A stretch of DNA of 64,000 nucleotides from Dehalococcoidia bacterium (GTDB lineage Bacteria > Chloroflexota > Dehalococcoidia > Lucifugimonadales > UBA3495), in the NCBI GenBank assembly GCA_034423575.1, contig DAOUIF010000030.1, positions 9,044 through 73,043 on the forward strand. The letters run 5' to 3'. Made by a program: the position numbers and the translations under genes. The notes beneath the pieces are model-generated. The model saw nothing but the letters and a program-made list of their open reading frames with translations. It did no database searches and was not told the origin of the DNA. This document shows, in pieces, positions 9,173 through 19,041 of the stretch (position 1 is the first letter of the stretch; the number at the start of each line of letters is the position of its first letter).

Positions 9173-9190
9173 GTTCCCGTCGACGGGAAC
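9173..9190 (+). terminator. perfect 18-bp palindrome / hairpin downstream of the DCC gene (no U-tract)
   Basis: GTTCCCGTCGACGGGAAC. Confidence 0.3.
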
Positions 9191-9268
9191 AGGCGGTGTT
9201 CGCAGCATCCGTGACGATAGCCGTACCTCGCCAAGCCGAGCGATTCGCGACGAGGCTGTCCTAGCGTA

Positions 9269-10225
9269 ATGTGGCCCCTGCTCGCGCTGGGATCAGCCCT
9301 GGCCTTTTGCTTCGTCAGCGTCTGCGACAAGCGCCTGCTGTCGTTCCACCTGAACGGCGTGCCACCCCTGTGCCTGTGGTGCGGCGTCACCGGGCTCATC
9401 TATGGCACCATCGTGGCAGCGATCGTTGGAGTGCCGGAGGGCACCACCTGGCAGGTTACGTTGGCGCCCGTTGTGGCCGGATTGTTCATGGGATTTTCCG
9501 TGGTGCTCCTGTTCCGCGGCCTTCGCCTCATGGAGGCTTCGCGAGCCGTCGCCATTTCCCAGACCAATCCGATTTTCGTCGCCATTATGGCGTTGATGTT
9601 CCTGGGTGAGCACGTATCGCCCGCCCAATGGTGCGGCATCGCCCTGGTGGTCGCCGGCGCAGTGCTCATCTCCGTGCGCCTGTTCCAGGAGCGGCCCTTC
9701 GGGCGCATCGGCCCCGGTTTGGCGATTCCGAGCACCGCGGTTTTCGACCTGAGGGACCGCACTGCGGTGTATGGTCCGGCTCTGCTGGTCGTGAGCGCGC
9801 TTTGCGCCGCTTCCAGTTTCGTCGTGGCCAAGGCCGCCCTCAACGCCCATCTGCCGGTGCTGACCGTTTTCGGAATCCAACAGGCGACCGTGGGCGCGGT
9901 TTTCTGCTGCGCGGGGTTGACCGGCGGGCCCCGCCTGTGGTCTGCGGTGAAGCAACCGGGCGTCCTGGCGATGCTCCTCTTCGGAGAGTCGCTGATGCCG
10001 GCGATCTCGATTCTGCTGGGGGTCTATGCGTACAGTCTGGGACCGGCTTCCCTGGTGGCCGCGGTGCTGGCGACCCGACCGCTGTTCGTCTTCGTCGCGT
10101 CCACGATCCTGTCTCGCATGCGCTGGCAATTCCTGGACGAGTCCCTGAACCCCCGAGCGTTGTCGGTAAAAGCCGCATCCATAGTCATGATTGTAGGTGG
10201 CGTGGGCACACTCAGTGTGGGTTAA
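9269..10225 (+). CDS. DMT (EamA-like) family transporter
   Basis: About 10 predicted TM helices arranged as two EamA-like halves. Confidence 0.75.
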   Translation: MWPLLALGSALAFCFVSVCDKRLLSFHLNGVPPLCLWCGVTGLIYGTIVAAIVGVPEGTTWQVTLAPVVAGLFMGFSVVLLFRGLRLMEASRAVAISQTNPIFVAIMALMFLGEHVSPAQWCGIALVVAGAVLISVRLFQERPFGRIGPGLAIPSTAVFDLRDRTAVYGPALLVVSALCAASSFVVAKAALNAHLPVLTVFGIQQATVGAVFCCAGLTGGPRLWSAVKQPGVLAMLLFGESLMPAISILLGVYAYSLGPASLVAAVLATRPLFVFVASTILSRMRWQFLDESLNPRALSVKAASIVMIVGGVGTLSVG

Positions 10226-10349
10226 CGCGCAAATCGGGAACCCACGGTTATCCCGTACGCGGTTACGTTTATGATGCGCTAGATGCGGCGATAAAGCAGT
10301 GAATCCGTCGCGAACAAAACGATATTGTTTATCATCGTCTCATTGATAG

Positions 10350-10378
10350 TTGACAACCGCAGCAGCAAATAATATTAT
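10350..10378 (+). promoter_or_regulatory. sigma70-like promoter for the Lrp/AsnC gene
   Basis: TTGACA (10350-10355), a 17-nt spacer, then TATTAT (10373-10378), within an AT-rich intergenic region. Confidence 0.5.
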
Positions 10379-10447
10379 CTTGTCCGCAATATCAGCGCCA
10401 TCGAGCGTAGCGATATGAATGCATCATAGCATGGAGTCTGCCAACTA

Positions 10448-10882
10448 ATGGACGAGCTTGACCTGAAAATTATCGGAATCCTGCAATCGGACGGGCGTGC
10501 GTCCAACGCCAAGATTGCGCGCGCAGTGGGAGTCAGCGAGGGCACCGTGAGACGCCGGCTGCGTCGCCTCATCAAAGAAGACATCGTCCATGTGGTGGCA
10601 GTCCCCAACCTGGAAAAAATGGGCTATGGCACGACCGCCCTCATCGGTCTGGAAACCGGCCCGGGCAAGTCCGACGCCGTCGCCGAAAAAATCGCCAACC
10701 TCGACGAAGCGCACTATGTCGTCGTCGCCACCGGCCCCTACGACGTTTTCGTGTGGACTGCCCTGGAATCGGCCGAAAGTCTCGGCGATTTCCTGCGCAC
10801 CCGCATCGGGGTCATCGACGGAGTGCAAAAGACTCAGACCTTCGTCACGCTGTCGACCAAAAAGCGCTTCACCCGGGTGTAA
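10448..10882 (+). CDS. Lrp/AsnC family transcriptional regulator
   Basis: HTH LDLKIIGILQSDGRASNAKIARAVGVSEGTVRRRLRRL followed by a RAM-type C-terminal domain. Confidence 0.9.
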   Translation: MDELDLKIIGILQSDGRASNAKIARAVGVSEGTVRRRLRRLIKEDIVHVVAVPNLEKMGYGTTALIGLETGPGKSDAVAEKIANLDEAHYVVVATGPYDVFVWTALESAESLGDFLRTRIGVIDGVQKTQTFVTLSTKKRFTRV

Positions 10883-10933
10883 ACCGATCGCTGGCTACGG
10901 GTGTGTGCCGGCGCTCCGCACAACCCGGCGCGG

Positions 10934-10961
10934 TTGCATTGCATACCCGCCATGCTATAAT
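10934..10961 (+). promoter_or_regulatory. sigma70-like promoter for the ferredoxin gene
   Basis: TTGCAT (10934-10939), a 16-nt spacer, then TATAAT (10956-10961). Confidence 0.5.
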
Positions 10962-11039
10962 TTCGACACCCGTGAGTTGTGGCCCGAGTTCCGGTTTGCC
11001 ACTGTCAACCCACACCACATCACCCGAGGGAATGCCGCT

Positions 11040-11282
11040 ATGACCTACATCATTACCGAGCCATGCGTGGGCGTAAAAGACGCCGCGTGTGTCGACGTTT
11101 GCCCGGTGGACTGCATCTACACCACCGACGACGATGACATGTATTTCATCAGTCCCGATGAGTGCATCGACTGTGCCGCCTGCGAACCGGTGTGCCCCGT
11201 TACGGCGATTTTTGCGGAGGAAGCCGTACCGTCGATGTACGAGGACTATATCAAGATCAACTACGACTACTTCAGCAAGTAG
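11040..11282 (+). CDS. ferredoxin (Cys pattern as in 7Fe-type bacterial ferredoxins)
   Basis: 80 aa: MTYIITEPCVGVKDAACVDVCPVDCI ... CIDCAACEPVCP. Confidence 0.9.
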   Translation: MTYIITEPCVGVKDAACVDVCPVDCIYTTDDDDMYFISPDECIDCAACEPVCPVTAIFAEEAVPSMYEDYIKINYDYFSK

Positions 11283-11368
11283 TCGTCGCGCCGCCCGGCG
11301 TACACCGACCCCGTCGTGCGCCCGGCGCTTGCTGCCGGGCGCACGTTTAACGGCTCACAGGTTCTGAG

Positions 11369-12196
11369 ATGTCCGCATCCGGCCCGCAGCGGTCCGCTCG
11401 CCCAGAAGTCAACGTTGTCGTCTGCACCGACGAGTACGGTTGCGGGCGCTGGTACCATCGTGGCCGCAACGCGCAAGCGGTGCTCGACGATATTCGCAGC
11501 GCCACCGTCGGTCTCAATGACGATCGCGTGCAGGTAACCACGTCCGGATGCATCCTCGGCTGCACCTACGGTCCGCGATTCGACGTAGCCCGCCGTTGGT
11601 CCGGCGAAAAAGTGCTGTATGGCTCCATCGAGGGTGAAGCGACCATCACCCGACGAGGGCGCGTGCGGTTCGCCGCAATTCCGGACGACCTGGAACGGGT
11701 TCTGCCCGACCACCTGCCTGAGACCGCCGCTTCCATCCACCACCTCGGCGGGTTCAACCCTCCGGCCGATATCGACCTGCTGCGGCGCATCCTTTCGGAC
11801 TGCAGCCGGGGGATGGGCGATTCCACCGTCGGGCTGACCGAGGGCGTGATCATGGTGCACAACCCGGCCGCCACGGTGTCTATCCCCGCCACACTCGACA
11901 ACCTGCAATTCGTGGATGGCAGTGGCAAAGCCAGCGCAACCGGAGACATTGCACTGCTGACCACGGACGGCGACGGTCAGGTGGCTCTGCAACTGAGCCG
12001 CGTCCGCCAGGTCGAGTTCCTGTACCGGGAACTGCGCAACGGGATGCCCAGCTACTCGATCTGGCTGCGGGACGACGACCTGGCGACCGTGTATCGCATC
12101 TACCTGCGCCGCTCGGAAAACCCCGCCAACAATCCCCTGCGTCATCGTCTCTTCATGGGCCTCATGGAACGGTATGGCGAAAAGGTAACCCTGTAA
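11369..12196 (+). CDS. hypothetical protein with an N-terminal [2Fe-2S]-ferredoxin-like Cys motif
   Basis: Plus-strand codon usage is typical of the window's genes. The Cys motifs are VCTDEYGC and SGCILGC. The C-terminal half (SIWLRDDDLATVYRIYLRR) faintly resembles ChuX/HemS-type domains, but this is not asserted. Confidence 0.55.
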   Translation: MSASGPQRSARPEVNVVVCTDEYGCGRWYHRGRNAQAVLDDIRSATVGLNDDRVQVTTSGCILGCTYGPRFDVARRWSGEKVLYGSIEGEATITRRGRVRFAAIPDDLERVLPDHLPETAASIHHLGGFNPPADIDLLRRILSDCSRGMGDSTVGLTEGVIMVHNPAATVSIPATLDNLQFVDGSGKASATGDIALLTTDGDGQVALQLSRVRQVEFLYRELRNGMPSYSIWLRDDDLATVYRIYLRRSENPANNPLRHRLFMGLMERYGEKVTL

Positions 12197-12312
12197 CATC
12201 TCCCCGGGCCTGGTCGCCCGTGACGGCGTTCCGCAACACGGATAACTCACGTGATTGACGACGCGTCGGCGGGCCGATCCAGCGGGGCTAAACTCGAGGA
12301 GGAGCGAACACA

Positions 12313-14595
12313 ATGAGCAATATCGATTCCACTCCGGAATTCGTGCGGGAAACCTACCGCAAGATGGACGAGAAGTTGACCCAGGTGCGGAACCGGCTCA
12401 ACCGCCCGCTGACCATGGCCGAGAAGCTGCTGCTGTCTCACCTGGACGACGTCGCCGACGCCGACCTGCGCCCTGGCGACAGCTACATCAACCTTCGCCC
12501 CGACCGCGTGGCCCACCAGGACGTCACCGGCCAGATGGCCATCCTGCAGTTCATGCAGTCAGGCCGTGAGCGCGTAGCGGTGCCGACCACTGTCCACTGC
12601 GATCACCTGGTCCAGGCTCGCGTGGGCGCTTCCTCCGACCTCCAGGATGCCCTCAACGAGAGCAACGAGGTCTATCAGTTCCTGGAATCCGCGAGCCGGC
12701 GTTTCGGCATGGGCTTCTGGAGGCCCGGTTCCGGGATCATCCACCAGGTGGTGCTCGAAAAGTACGCTTTCCCCGGGGCACTGATCATTGGAACCGACTC
12801 TCACACCGTCAACGGTGGCGGCCTGGGCTCCCTGGCCATCGGCGTGGGCGGAGCGGACGCTGCCGACGTTATGGCCGGCCTCCCCTGGGAGGTGCGTTAT
12901 CCCCGCATCATCGGCGTCAAGCTCACCGGATCCATGAGCGGCTGGACGGCCCCCAAGGACGTCATCATCAAGCTGGCCTACGAGCTCACCGTGTCCGGCG
13001 GCACCAACGCCATAATCGAGTACTTCGGGCCCGGCGCCGCGTCAATCTCTGCCACCGGCAAGGGCACGATCTGCAACATGGGCGCCGAGTTGGGCGCCAC
13101 CGGCGACGTGTTCCCCTATGACGAGCGCATGGCCACCTACCTGCGCGCCACCGGACGCGAGGACCTGGTCGCCATCGCTGAAGAGTACAAGCACCTGCTC
13201 CAGTCCGATCCCGAAGTTGAGCAACAGCCCGAGCAGTTCTACGACCAGATCGTCGAGATCGACCTGTCCACCCTGGAGCCTCACATCACCGGCCCCCACT
13301 CACCGGACCGGGCGCGCCCGATTTCCGAGCTGGCCGCTGAGGTAGAGCGTGAAGGATTCCCTGAACGGGTTTCCGTTTCCCTGGTGGGCAGCTGCACCAA
13401 CTCCTCCTACGAGGACATGGAACGCTGCGCCGACGTGGCGAGGCAGGCCGCCGAGCGGGGGGTTTCCGCCGTATCGGGCCTGCTGGTGACCCCCGGTTCC
13501 GAGCAGGTTCGCGCCACTATCGAGCGTGACGGTCAACAGGCTGCCCTGGAAGCCATCGGCGCCACCGTGCTGGCCAACGCCTGCGGTCCCTGCATCGGCC
13601 AGTGGAACCGGCCGGAGGCTCGCGGCACCGACAACAGCATCGTCACCTCCTACAACCGCAACTTCCCCAGCCGCAACGACGGCAACGCGGGCACCATGAA
13701 CTTCATCGCCAGCCCCGAAATCGCCATCGCGATGGGCCTGGGCGGCAGCCTGTCCTTCAACCCGCTCACGGACCCGCTGGTTGACGCCGACGGCAACGAG
13801 TTCATGCTCCAGCCGCCGACCGAGGCCCCCGAGGTGCCGCCCACGGGCTTCGACCCGGGCAGCGACATGTACGTGGAGCCGCCGGAAGACGGCAGCGACG
13901 TTGACGTACGCGTCGACCCCAGCAGCAATCGCTTGCAGGTGCTGGCCCCGTGGGCTCCCTGGGACGGCAACGACTTCGAGGACGTGCCCATCCTGGTGAA
14001 GACCGAGGGCAAGACGACCACCGACTCCATTTCCCCGGCCGGCCCCTGGCTGCGCTTCCGCGGGCACCTCAACAACCTCAGCGACAACATGTTCCTCGGC
14101 GCCAACAACGCCTACACCGACGAAACCGGCACCGGCAAGAACCAGCTCTCCGGCGAGGAGATCATGCCCATACCGGAGATCGCCCGCGCGTACAGCGCCC
14201 AGGGCATCCGCTGGGTTGCCATCGGCGACGAGAACTACGGCGAGGGCTCCAGCCGCGAGCACGCCGCCCTGTCGCCTCGGATGCTGGGCGCCGCGGCCAT
14301 CATCACCCGCAGCTTCGCCCGCATCCACGAGTCGAACCTGAAGAAGCAAGGACTCCTGCCCCTCACCTTCGAGGATCCGGCGGACTGGGATCGGGTGCTG
14401 GAGGATGACCGCATGAGCCTCGTCGGCCTGAGCGACCTGGCCCCGGACCGGCCGGTGCAGGCGGTCCTCAAGCATGCCGACGGCTCCGAGGAGACACTCA
14501 ACCTGCGGCACACGCTGAACGACACCCAGATCGCCTGGTTCCGGGCTGGCAGCGCGATGAATCACATGAAGAACCTGGAGGGCGCCAGCAGCTAG
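12313..14595 (+). CDS. aconitate hydratase
   Basis: 760 aa with Fe-S ligand motifs (GTDSHT, GSCTNSSYEDM, CGPCIGQW). GAGGAGGAG RBS. Confidence 0.95.
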   Translation: MSNIDSTPEFVRETYRKMDEKLTQVRNRLNRPLTMAEKLLLSHLDDVADADLRPGDSYINLRPDRVAHQDVTGQMAILQFMQSGRERVAVPTTVHCDHLVQARVGASSDLQDALNESNEVYQFLESASRRFGMGFWRPGSGIIHQVVLEKYAFPGALIIGTDSHTVNGGGLGSLAIGVGGADAADVMAGLPWEVRYPRIIGVKLTGSMSGWTAPKDVIIKLAYELTVSGGTNAIIEYFGPGAASISATGKGTICNMGAELGATGDVFPYDERMATYLRATGREDLVAIAEEYKHLLQSDPEVEQQPEQFYDQIVEIDLSTLEPHITGPHSPDRARPISELAAEVEREGFPERVSVSLVGSCTNSSYEDMERCADVARQAAERGVSAVSGLLVTPGSEQVRATIERDGQQAALEAIGATVLANACGPCIGQWNRPEARGTDNSIVTSYNRNFPSRNDGNAGTMNFIASPEIAIAMGLGGSLSFNPLTDPLVDADGNEFMLQPPTEAPEVPPTGFDPGSDMYVEPPEDGSDVDVRVDPSSNRLQVLAPWAPWDGNDFEDVPILVKTEGKTTTDSISPAGPWLRFRGHLNNLSDNMFLGANNAYTDETGTGKNQLSGEEIMPIPEIARAYSAQGIRWVAIGDENYGEGSSREHAALSPRMLGAAAIITRSFARIHESNLKKQGLLPLTFEDPADWDRVLEDDRMSLVGLSDLAPDRPVQAVLKHADGSEETLNLRHTLNDTQIAWFRAGSAMNHMKNLEGASS

Positions 14596-14617
14596 CCGAG
14601 TTCGCATACGGAACAAC

Positions 14618-14652
14618 GGGGGCGTCTGCGGAAGCAGGCGCCCTTGCGTTTG
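14618..14652 (+). terminator. putative intrinsic terminator after aconitase
   Basis: GGGGGCGTCTGC-ggaa-GCAGGCGCCC followed by TTGCGTTTG. Confidence 0.5.
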
Positions 14653-14717
14653 CGGGGCGCCGCCGTGCCTGAGGGCTCGCTTGCCCGCCCTGATTGGCCG
14701 GTGGTAAGGTATTCATC

Positions 14718-16517
14718 ATGACCACGCAAATCACCAACGAAGACATCGTCCAGTTGTTCAACAACATGGCCGCCATGCTGGAGATCAAGGGAGACACCGT
14801 TTTCAAGATTCGCGCCTACCAGCGCGCCGCCAACACCATCGATCAACTCAGTTGGTCCCTGGCCGCGGCCGCGGCCGCCGGCGATGATCTGAAGAAAATC
14901 CCCGGCGTCGGCAAGGCCATCAGCGAAAAGGTGCAGGAGTACGTGGGGACCGGCCATGTGGCTGCCTATGATCGCTTGGCCGAAGAACTTCCGCCCAACG
15001 TGCTGGAGATGCTTGAGGTCCCCGGCATGGGACCCAAGACCGTGAAAGCCGCCGTCGACGAGCTTGGCATCGGGTCCGTGGCCGAACTGGAGCAGGCCGC
15101 GTTTGACGGCCGGCTGGAACAGCTGCCCCGGATGGGCAAACGCTCCGTGGCAAACATCCTGCGTCATATCCAGGCCCAGCGGTCCCGCTCCAACCGTACG
15201 CCCCTGGGCATCGCCTCCGAGACCTGCGCGGCGGTGACCGCCCAGTTGTTCGACGCGTGCCCCGGCCTGGTGAGCATCACTCCGGCCGGCTCTCTGCGCC
15301 GCTGGGAGGAGACCATCGGCGACCTGGACCTCATCGCGATCTCTGCAAATCCGGCCGAAACCGGCCCTGCTCTGGCCGCCCTGCCCTCGGTCCGCGAAGT
15401 GCTGGTGCAGGGGGACGCCAAGACCTCGGTGATAGTGGACCCGGGCATCCAGATTGACCTGCGCATTGGCGAGCCGGACGCCATGGGCGCGATGCTCCAG
15501 TACTTCACCGGCAGCCAGCAGCACAACATCCGACTGCGCGACTACGCCAACCGGCGGGGCCTGTCCCTGAACGAATACGGCGTCACCGTCATCGAAAGCG
15601 GCGAGACCGAGCGGTTCCCTGACGAGGAGTCCTTCTACGGCCGGCTCGATCTGCCCTGGATACCGCCGGAACTGCGGCGCGGCGCCGACGAGTTGGATGC
15701 CGCCCGGGAAGGCAACCTGCCCAACCTGATCACCGAGGCGGACCTCCGGGGAGACCTGCACCTGCACAGCGACTGGAGCGACGGCAAATTCCCCCTGGAA
15801 GAGATGGTCGCCGCCGTAGCCGCCATGGGCTACGAGTACATGGCCCTGACCGACCATTCCCAGGGCCTGGGCGTCGCCAACGGCCTGACCCCTGACCGCC
15901 TCGCCCGCCAAATCGAAATCCTGCGGAGCCTGCAATCCCGGTACGACATGACCATCCTCTGCGGCTCCGAGGTGGACATCCGCGCCGACGGCGCCATGGA
16001 CTTCCCTGACGACGTTCTGGGCATGCTGGACTGGGTCATCGCTTCGGTTCACAACGCCATGAGCCAGGACCGTGAGACCATGACCCGGCGCATCACTCGG
16101 GCCATGGAGAACCCCTACGTTACCGTCATCGGTCACGCCTCTGCGCGGCTGCTCGGCCAACGCGATCCGGTTGAGTTCGATATCGAGGCCCTGCTGCAAA
16201 CCGCCCGCGACACCGGCACCGCCATGGAAATCAACGCCGCACCCGAGCGCCTGGACCTCAAGGATACTCACGCGGCCCGTGCCCGGGAGCTGGGCGTTCC
16301 GTTGGTCATCAACACCGACTCTCACCACATTGACGGATTGACCAAACGCACGTTTGGCGTGGCTGTGGCCCGTCGAGCCTGGTGCGGGCCCGAGCATGTC
16401 CTGAACACGTATCCGGCCAGTGAGTTTCTCGCATGGCTCCGCGCTCGGAAAGGGCAGCGAACTGAACATTTCGCGGCAATGACCGGGGCCCGAAGCGCCG
16501 CGGCGTCCCGACGATGA
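14718..16517 (+). CDS. polX: DNA polymerase/3'-5' exonuclease PolX (family X polymerase with PHP domain)
   Basis: N-terminal HhH and polymerase-beta-like core (GVGKAISEKV, GSLRRWEETIGDLDL). C-terminal PHP motifs (DLHLHSDWSDG, TDHS, NTDSHH). Confidence 0.9.
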   Translation: MTTQITNEDIVQLFNNMAAMLEIKGDTVFKIRAYQRAANTIDQLSWSLAAAAAAGDDLKKIPGVGKAISEKVQEYVGTGHVAAYDRLAEELPPNVLEMLEVPGMGPKTVKAAVDELGIGSVAELEQAAFDGRLEQLPRMGKRSVANILRHIQAQRSRSNRTPLGIASETCAAVTAQLFDACPGLVSITPAGSLRRWEETIGDLDLIAISANPAETGPALAALPSVREVLVQGDAKTSVIVDPGIQIDLRIGEPDAMGAMLQYFTGSQQHNIRLRDYANRRGLSLNEYGVTVIESGETERFPDEESFYGRLDLPWIPPELRRGADELDAAREGNLPNLITEADLRGDLHLHSDWSDGKFPLEEMVAAVAAMGYEYMALTDHSQGLGVANGLTPDRLARQIEILRSLQSRYDMTILCGSEVDIRADGAMDFPDDVLGMLDWVIASVHNAMSQDRETMTRRITRAMENPYVTVIGHASARLLGQRDPVEFDIEALLQTARDTGTAMEINAAPERLDLKDTHAARARELGVPLVINTDSHHIDGLTKRTFGVAVARRAWCGPEHVLNTYPASEFLAWLRARKGQRTEHFAAMTGARSAAASRR

Positions 16518-17299
16518 CCTTCACGGTGGACGATACCGGGGTCGCGGTGCTTTCGCCCGCGTATGCCGAAGGCGAAGGACTGCCGGCGTACGACCACGTC
16601 ATTGAGCGGCTGCGTTCCCGAGCCGGCCGCACCGAGCCGTGGCACATCGCGCTGCTGGACGCCATCGGACGCTGGAGCCTTCCCCACGAGGAACTTTGGG
16701 GTCGGGCTTGGCGCTATATCATCGGCGGAGAAGCGCTGGACTGGCTGACCCTGGCCCATCGCCTTTGCCTTGCCATTCCGGATGCGGTTCCTCCGGACGA
16801 ACTGGAAACCCTGCTGTTCTACGGTCGCCTGCCCGAAGACATCAGCCCGGAACGGTTCCGCCAACTCATCGGGCCATATCGTTACACCGCCCACCTGAAC
16901 TTCTGGTACGGCGTGGTGGTCGAAGAGGCTTTGCAACTGGTAACGGAAGACTCCATCCGCAAGAGCCGATTGGCCCGCTGCTACGGCGACAGCGACGACG
17001 TGGTCGAGGATGCCTACCGCCATCTCTACGGCGACACCCGCACCAGCCTGGTGCCTCAATTCCTTACCGACGCCGGCGGGATCTGGGGCCACGACCCCGA
17101 GGAGCTATCCCTGGTCGCCTGGCAGGAATTCACCTACTGGCTGTTCAAGCGCCGCATCCGCAAGTGGCACCCGGCCCGCGTCGCCAGCGATACGCGACGC
17201 GGTCTGGAGCGGCTCCGCGAGTTGCGCAACGATGAGAACGCCGCCGAACCGGCGCACCTGATCGTCAATCACACCGACCTTCTGGCGCTGCAAAAATAA
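16514..17299 (+). CDS. hypothetical protein (261 aa), start overlaps the polX stop (ATGA)
   Basis: Host-like codon usage and the ATGA overlap at 16514-16517. No family recognised. Confidence 0.6.
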   Translation: MTFTVDDTGVAVLSPAYAEGEGLPAYDHVIERLRSRAGRTEPWHIALLDAIGRWSLPHEELWGRAWRYIIGGEALDWLTLAHRLCLAIPDAVPPDELETLLFYGRLPEDISPERFRQLIGPYRYTAHLNFWYGVVVEEALQLVTEDSIRKSRLARCYGDSDDVVEDAYRHLYGDTRTSLVPQFLTDAGGIWGHDPEELSLVAWQEFTYWLFKRRIRKWHPARVASDTRRGLERLRELRNDENAAEPAHLIVNHTDLLALQK

Positions 17300-17303
17300 G
17301 ATA

Positions 17304-17323
17304 GGGGCGAAAAACTTCGCCCC
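17304..17323. terminator. hairpin between convergent genes (16514..17299 and rpsA)
   Basis: GGGGCGAA-aaac-TTCGCCCC flanked by A/T-rich runs. Confidence 0.45.
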
Positions 17324-17355
17324 AAAATCATTTTCGGAAGTGTGCGGGGTCTGGG

Positions 17356-18456
17356 TTACAGCCCGTACACCTTCCGGTAGCTCAGGCTCATCCGCTTCCG
17401 TTCGGTGTCGATGCTCAGGATCTGCACCTTGATCAGCTGCCCCTGGTAGACGATCTCGCGAGGGTGCTCCATCCGGCGAGCCGACAGCTCGGAGATGTGC
17501 ACCAAACCCTCGACCCAGTCTTCCAGTTTCACGAAGGCGCCGAAGTCCATGAGGCGAGTGACGGTTCCGTCCACGATGTCGCCGACGTGGTAGCGCTCCG
17601 GCACGGTGTCCCAGGGTTCCGGCTGCGTCCGCTTGAGGCTCAGCGAGATCTTGCTGTTCTCACGGTCGACGCGCAGCACCTTGAGGGTCAGGTTGTCGCC
17701 CACGCTGACCACTTCCTCCGGCGACTTGATCATGGACCAGGACAGTTCAGAGATGGGAACCAGCCCTTCCGCGTCGCCCAGGTCTACAAAGGCGCCGAAC
17801 CCGCGCATGGAGCGGACCGTGCCCTGCACTATCTGCCCTTCCTGCAGCTCTTCGAGCAGGCGCTCCTTGGCCGCGTTGCGCAACTGCCGCCAAATGCGGC
17901 GTTCGGTCAGCACCAACTTTTCACGCTGGGCGTCCAGCTCCAGGATGTTGAACCGGGCGTCTTCGCCAATTCTGGCGTCCAGGTGTTCAATGCGACCTTC
18001 TTTCGGCACCGGCGCCATTTGGGAAAACGGCACGAATCCGCGCACTCCCTGCCAGTCCACCACCAAGCCGCCCTTGTTGTGCTGCACGACCTTGGCCGCC
18101 AGTTCGGAGTCCTGTTTGTGCAATTCGATCAAGTCTTCCCAGACCTGCTTCTCCTGCGCCTGATCGTAGGAGAATACAGCCATGCCTCCCGGCCCGCGAT
18201 TGTTCAGGTGAATGACAATCACGTTTGTGCCCGGCTGCATCTGCTCTCGCTTTTCGTCGGTAAGTGTCCGCATCTCCTGTGGGGGAACGATGCCCTCGGT
18301 CTTGAGTCCGGCGCTGATGACCATGCCCTCGTCATCGATGCGCACTATCTCGCCGGTCACTAAGTCGCCTCTCCGGTATTCTCTCGGCGAAAAGGCCGAT
18401 TCCGGGAGTTGTGACATGTCGGTGACGTCGACTACGTTCGGGTCCTGGGCTACCAT
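17356..18456 (-). CDS. rpsA: 30S ribosomal protein S1 (four S1 domains)
   Basis: Repeated S1 OB-fold motifs (GDLVTGEIVRID, GQIVQGTVRSMRGFGAFVDLG, GDIVDGTVTRLMDFGAFVKL). Confidence 0.9.
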   Translation of the reverse strand: MVAQDPNVVDVTDMSQLPESAFSPREYRRGDLVTGEIVRIDDEGMVISAGLKTEGIVPPQEMRTLTDEKREQMQPGTNVIVIHLNNRGPGGMAVFSYDQAQEKQVWEDLIELHKQDSELAAKVVQHNKGGLVVDWQGVRGFVPFSQMAPVPKEGRIEHLDARIGEDARFNILELDAQREKLVLTERRIWRQLRNAAKERLLEELQEGQIVQGTVRSMRGFGAFVDLGDAEGLVPISELSWSMIKSPEEVVSVGDNLTLKVLRVDRENSKISLSLKRTQPEPWDTVPERYHVGDIVDGTVTRLMDFGAFVKLEDWVEGLVHISELSARRMEHPREIVYQGQLIKVQILSIDTERKRMSLSYRKVYGL

Positions 18457-18714
18457 CAGTTAAGCTGCTCCTTACTCTTGCTTACGGCCGGTTGCCTCGG
18501 CCGCACAGGTCGAGCAGGTACTCCGTTCTCGCTTGGATCACTTTCCCCACAATTCGCCTGCCTAATAATACTTATACCGCAGGCAAATTGCAACCGCAAA
18601 GGACCGGGCGGGAGCGAGCCGCATTTCGCCTCCCCCGAGCAGGAACTGAATCGTGGCCGGTGCATACCGCCTGGTGGATTCGTTGGGCAGCGAACCCACC
18701 CGACCATTGGACGG

Positions 18715-19041
18715 TCAGACCGGAAATTGCCAGGTTTGCGGGCCGCCCAGGTGGTGTTTGTTGGCCACAGCTACCAGCTCGGGGCAACGGAGAAATTGCC
18801 TGGCGGTGAGGCGCATCGTATCTCCATCAACCGTTTTCTCTCCAACCGCGCTTTCGTTGCCTTCCACAGCCTCCAGCGCAATCTCGCGAATAAGGCTCTC
18901 CATGCCCGCCGGTTTGCTCTTCACGAACTCATCGATGGCATGGACCATGTCGCGCGTCAGTGTTTCGCTGTTGAATAGCCGGGGGTTCCGTTTACCCATC
19001 CATCGCGAAGTGAATTCCTGTCCGATCGTAAGGTCGCTCAT
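18715..19041 (-). CDS. hypothetical protein (108 aa)
   Basis: ATG at 19041 preceded by GAGGGGA. It sits in a lower-G+C region with an AT-rich candidate promoter near 19094-19120 (TTGTGA, 16-nt spacer, TATTAT on the minus strand). No family recognised. Confidence 0.45.
   Translation of the reverse strand: MSDLTIGQEFTSRWMGKRNPRLFNSETLTRDMVHAIDEFVKSKPAGMESLIREIALEAVEGNESAVGEKTVDGDTMRLTARQFLRCPELVAVANKHHLGGPQTWQFPV

Noticed and set aside
11267-12313. 348-aa minus-strand ORF overlapping the 275-aa plus-strand gene.
   Set aside because: The plus frame shows the window's typical codon bias (GAC, CTG, ATC, GGC) and a coherent Cys motif. The minus-frame product is low-complexity.
18668-18705. tRNA/tmRNA-like 3' end on the minus strand (GGGUGGGUUCGCUGCCCAACGAAUCCACCA).
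   Set aside because: No complementary 5' acceptor strand (GGAUUCG or GGGUUCG) lies at tRNA or tmRNA distance. The T-loop deviates from UUCRANY. The match lies immediately after an ORF stop and is probably chance.
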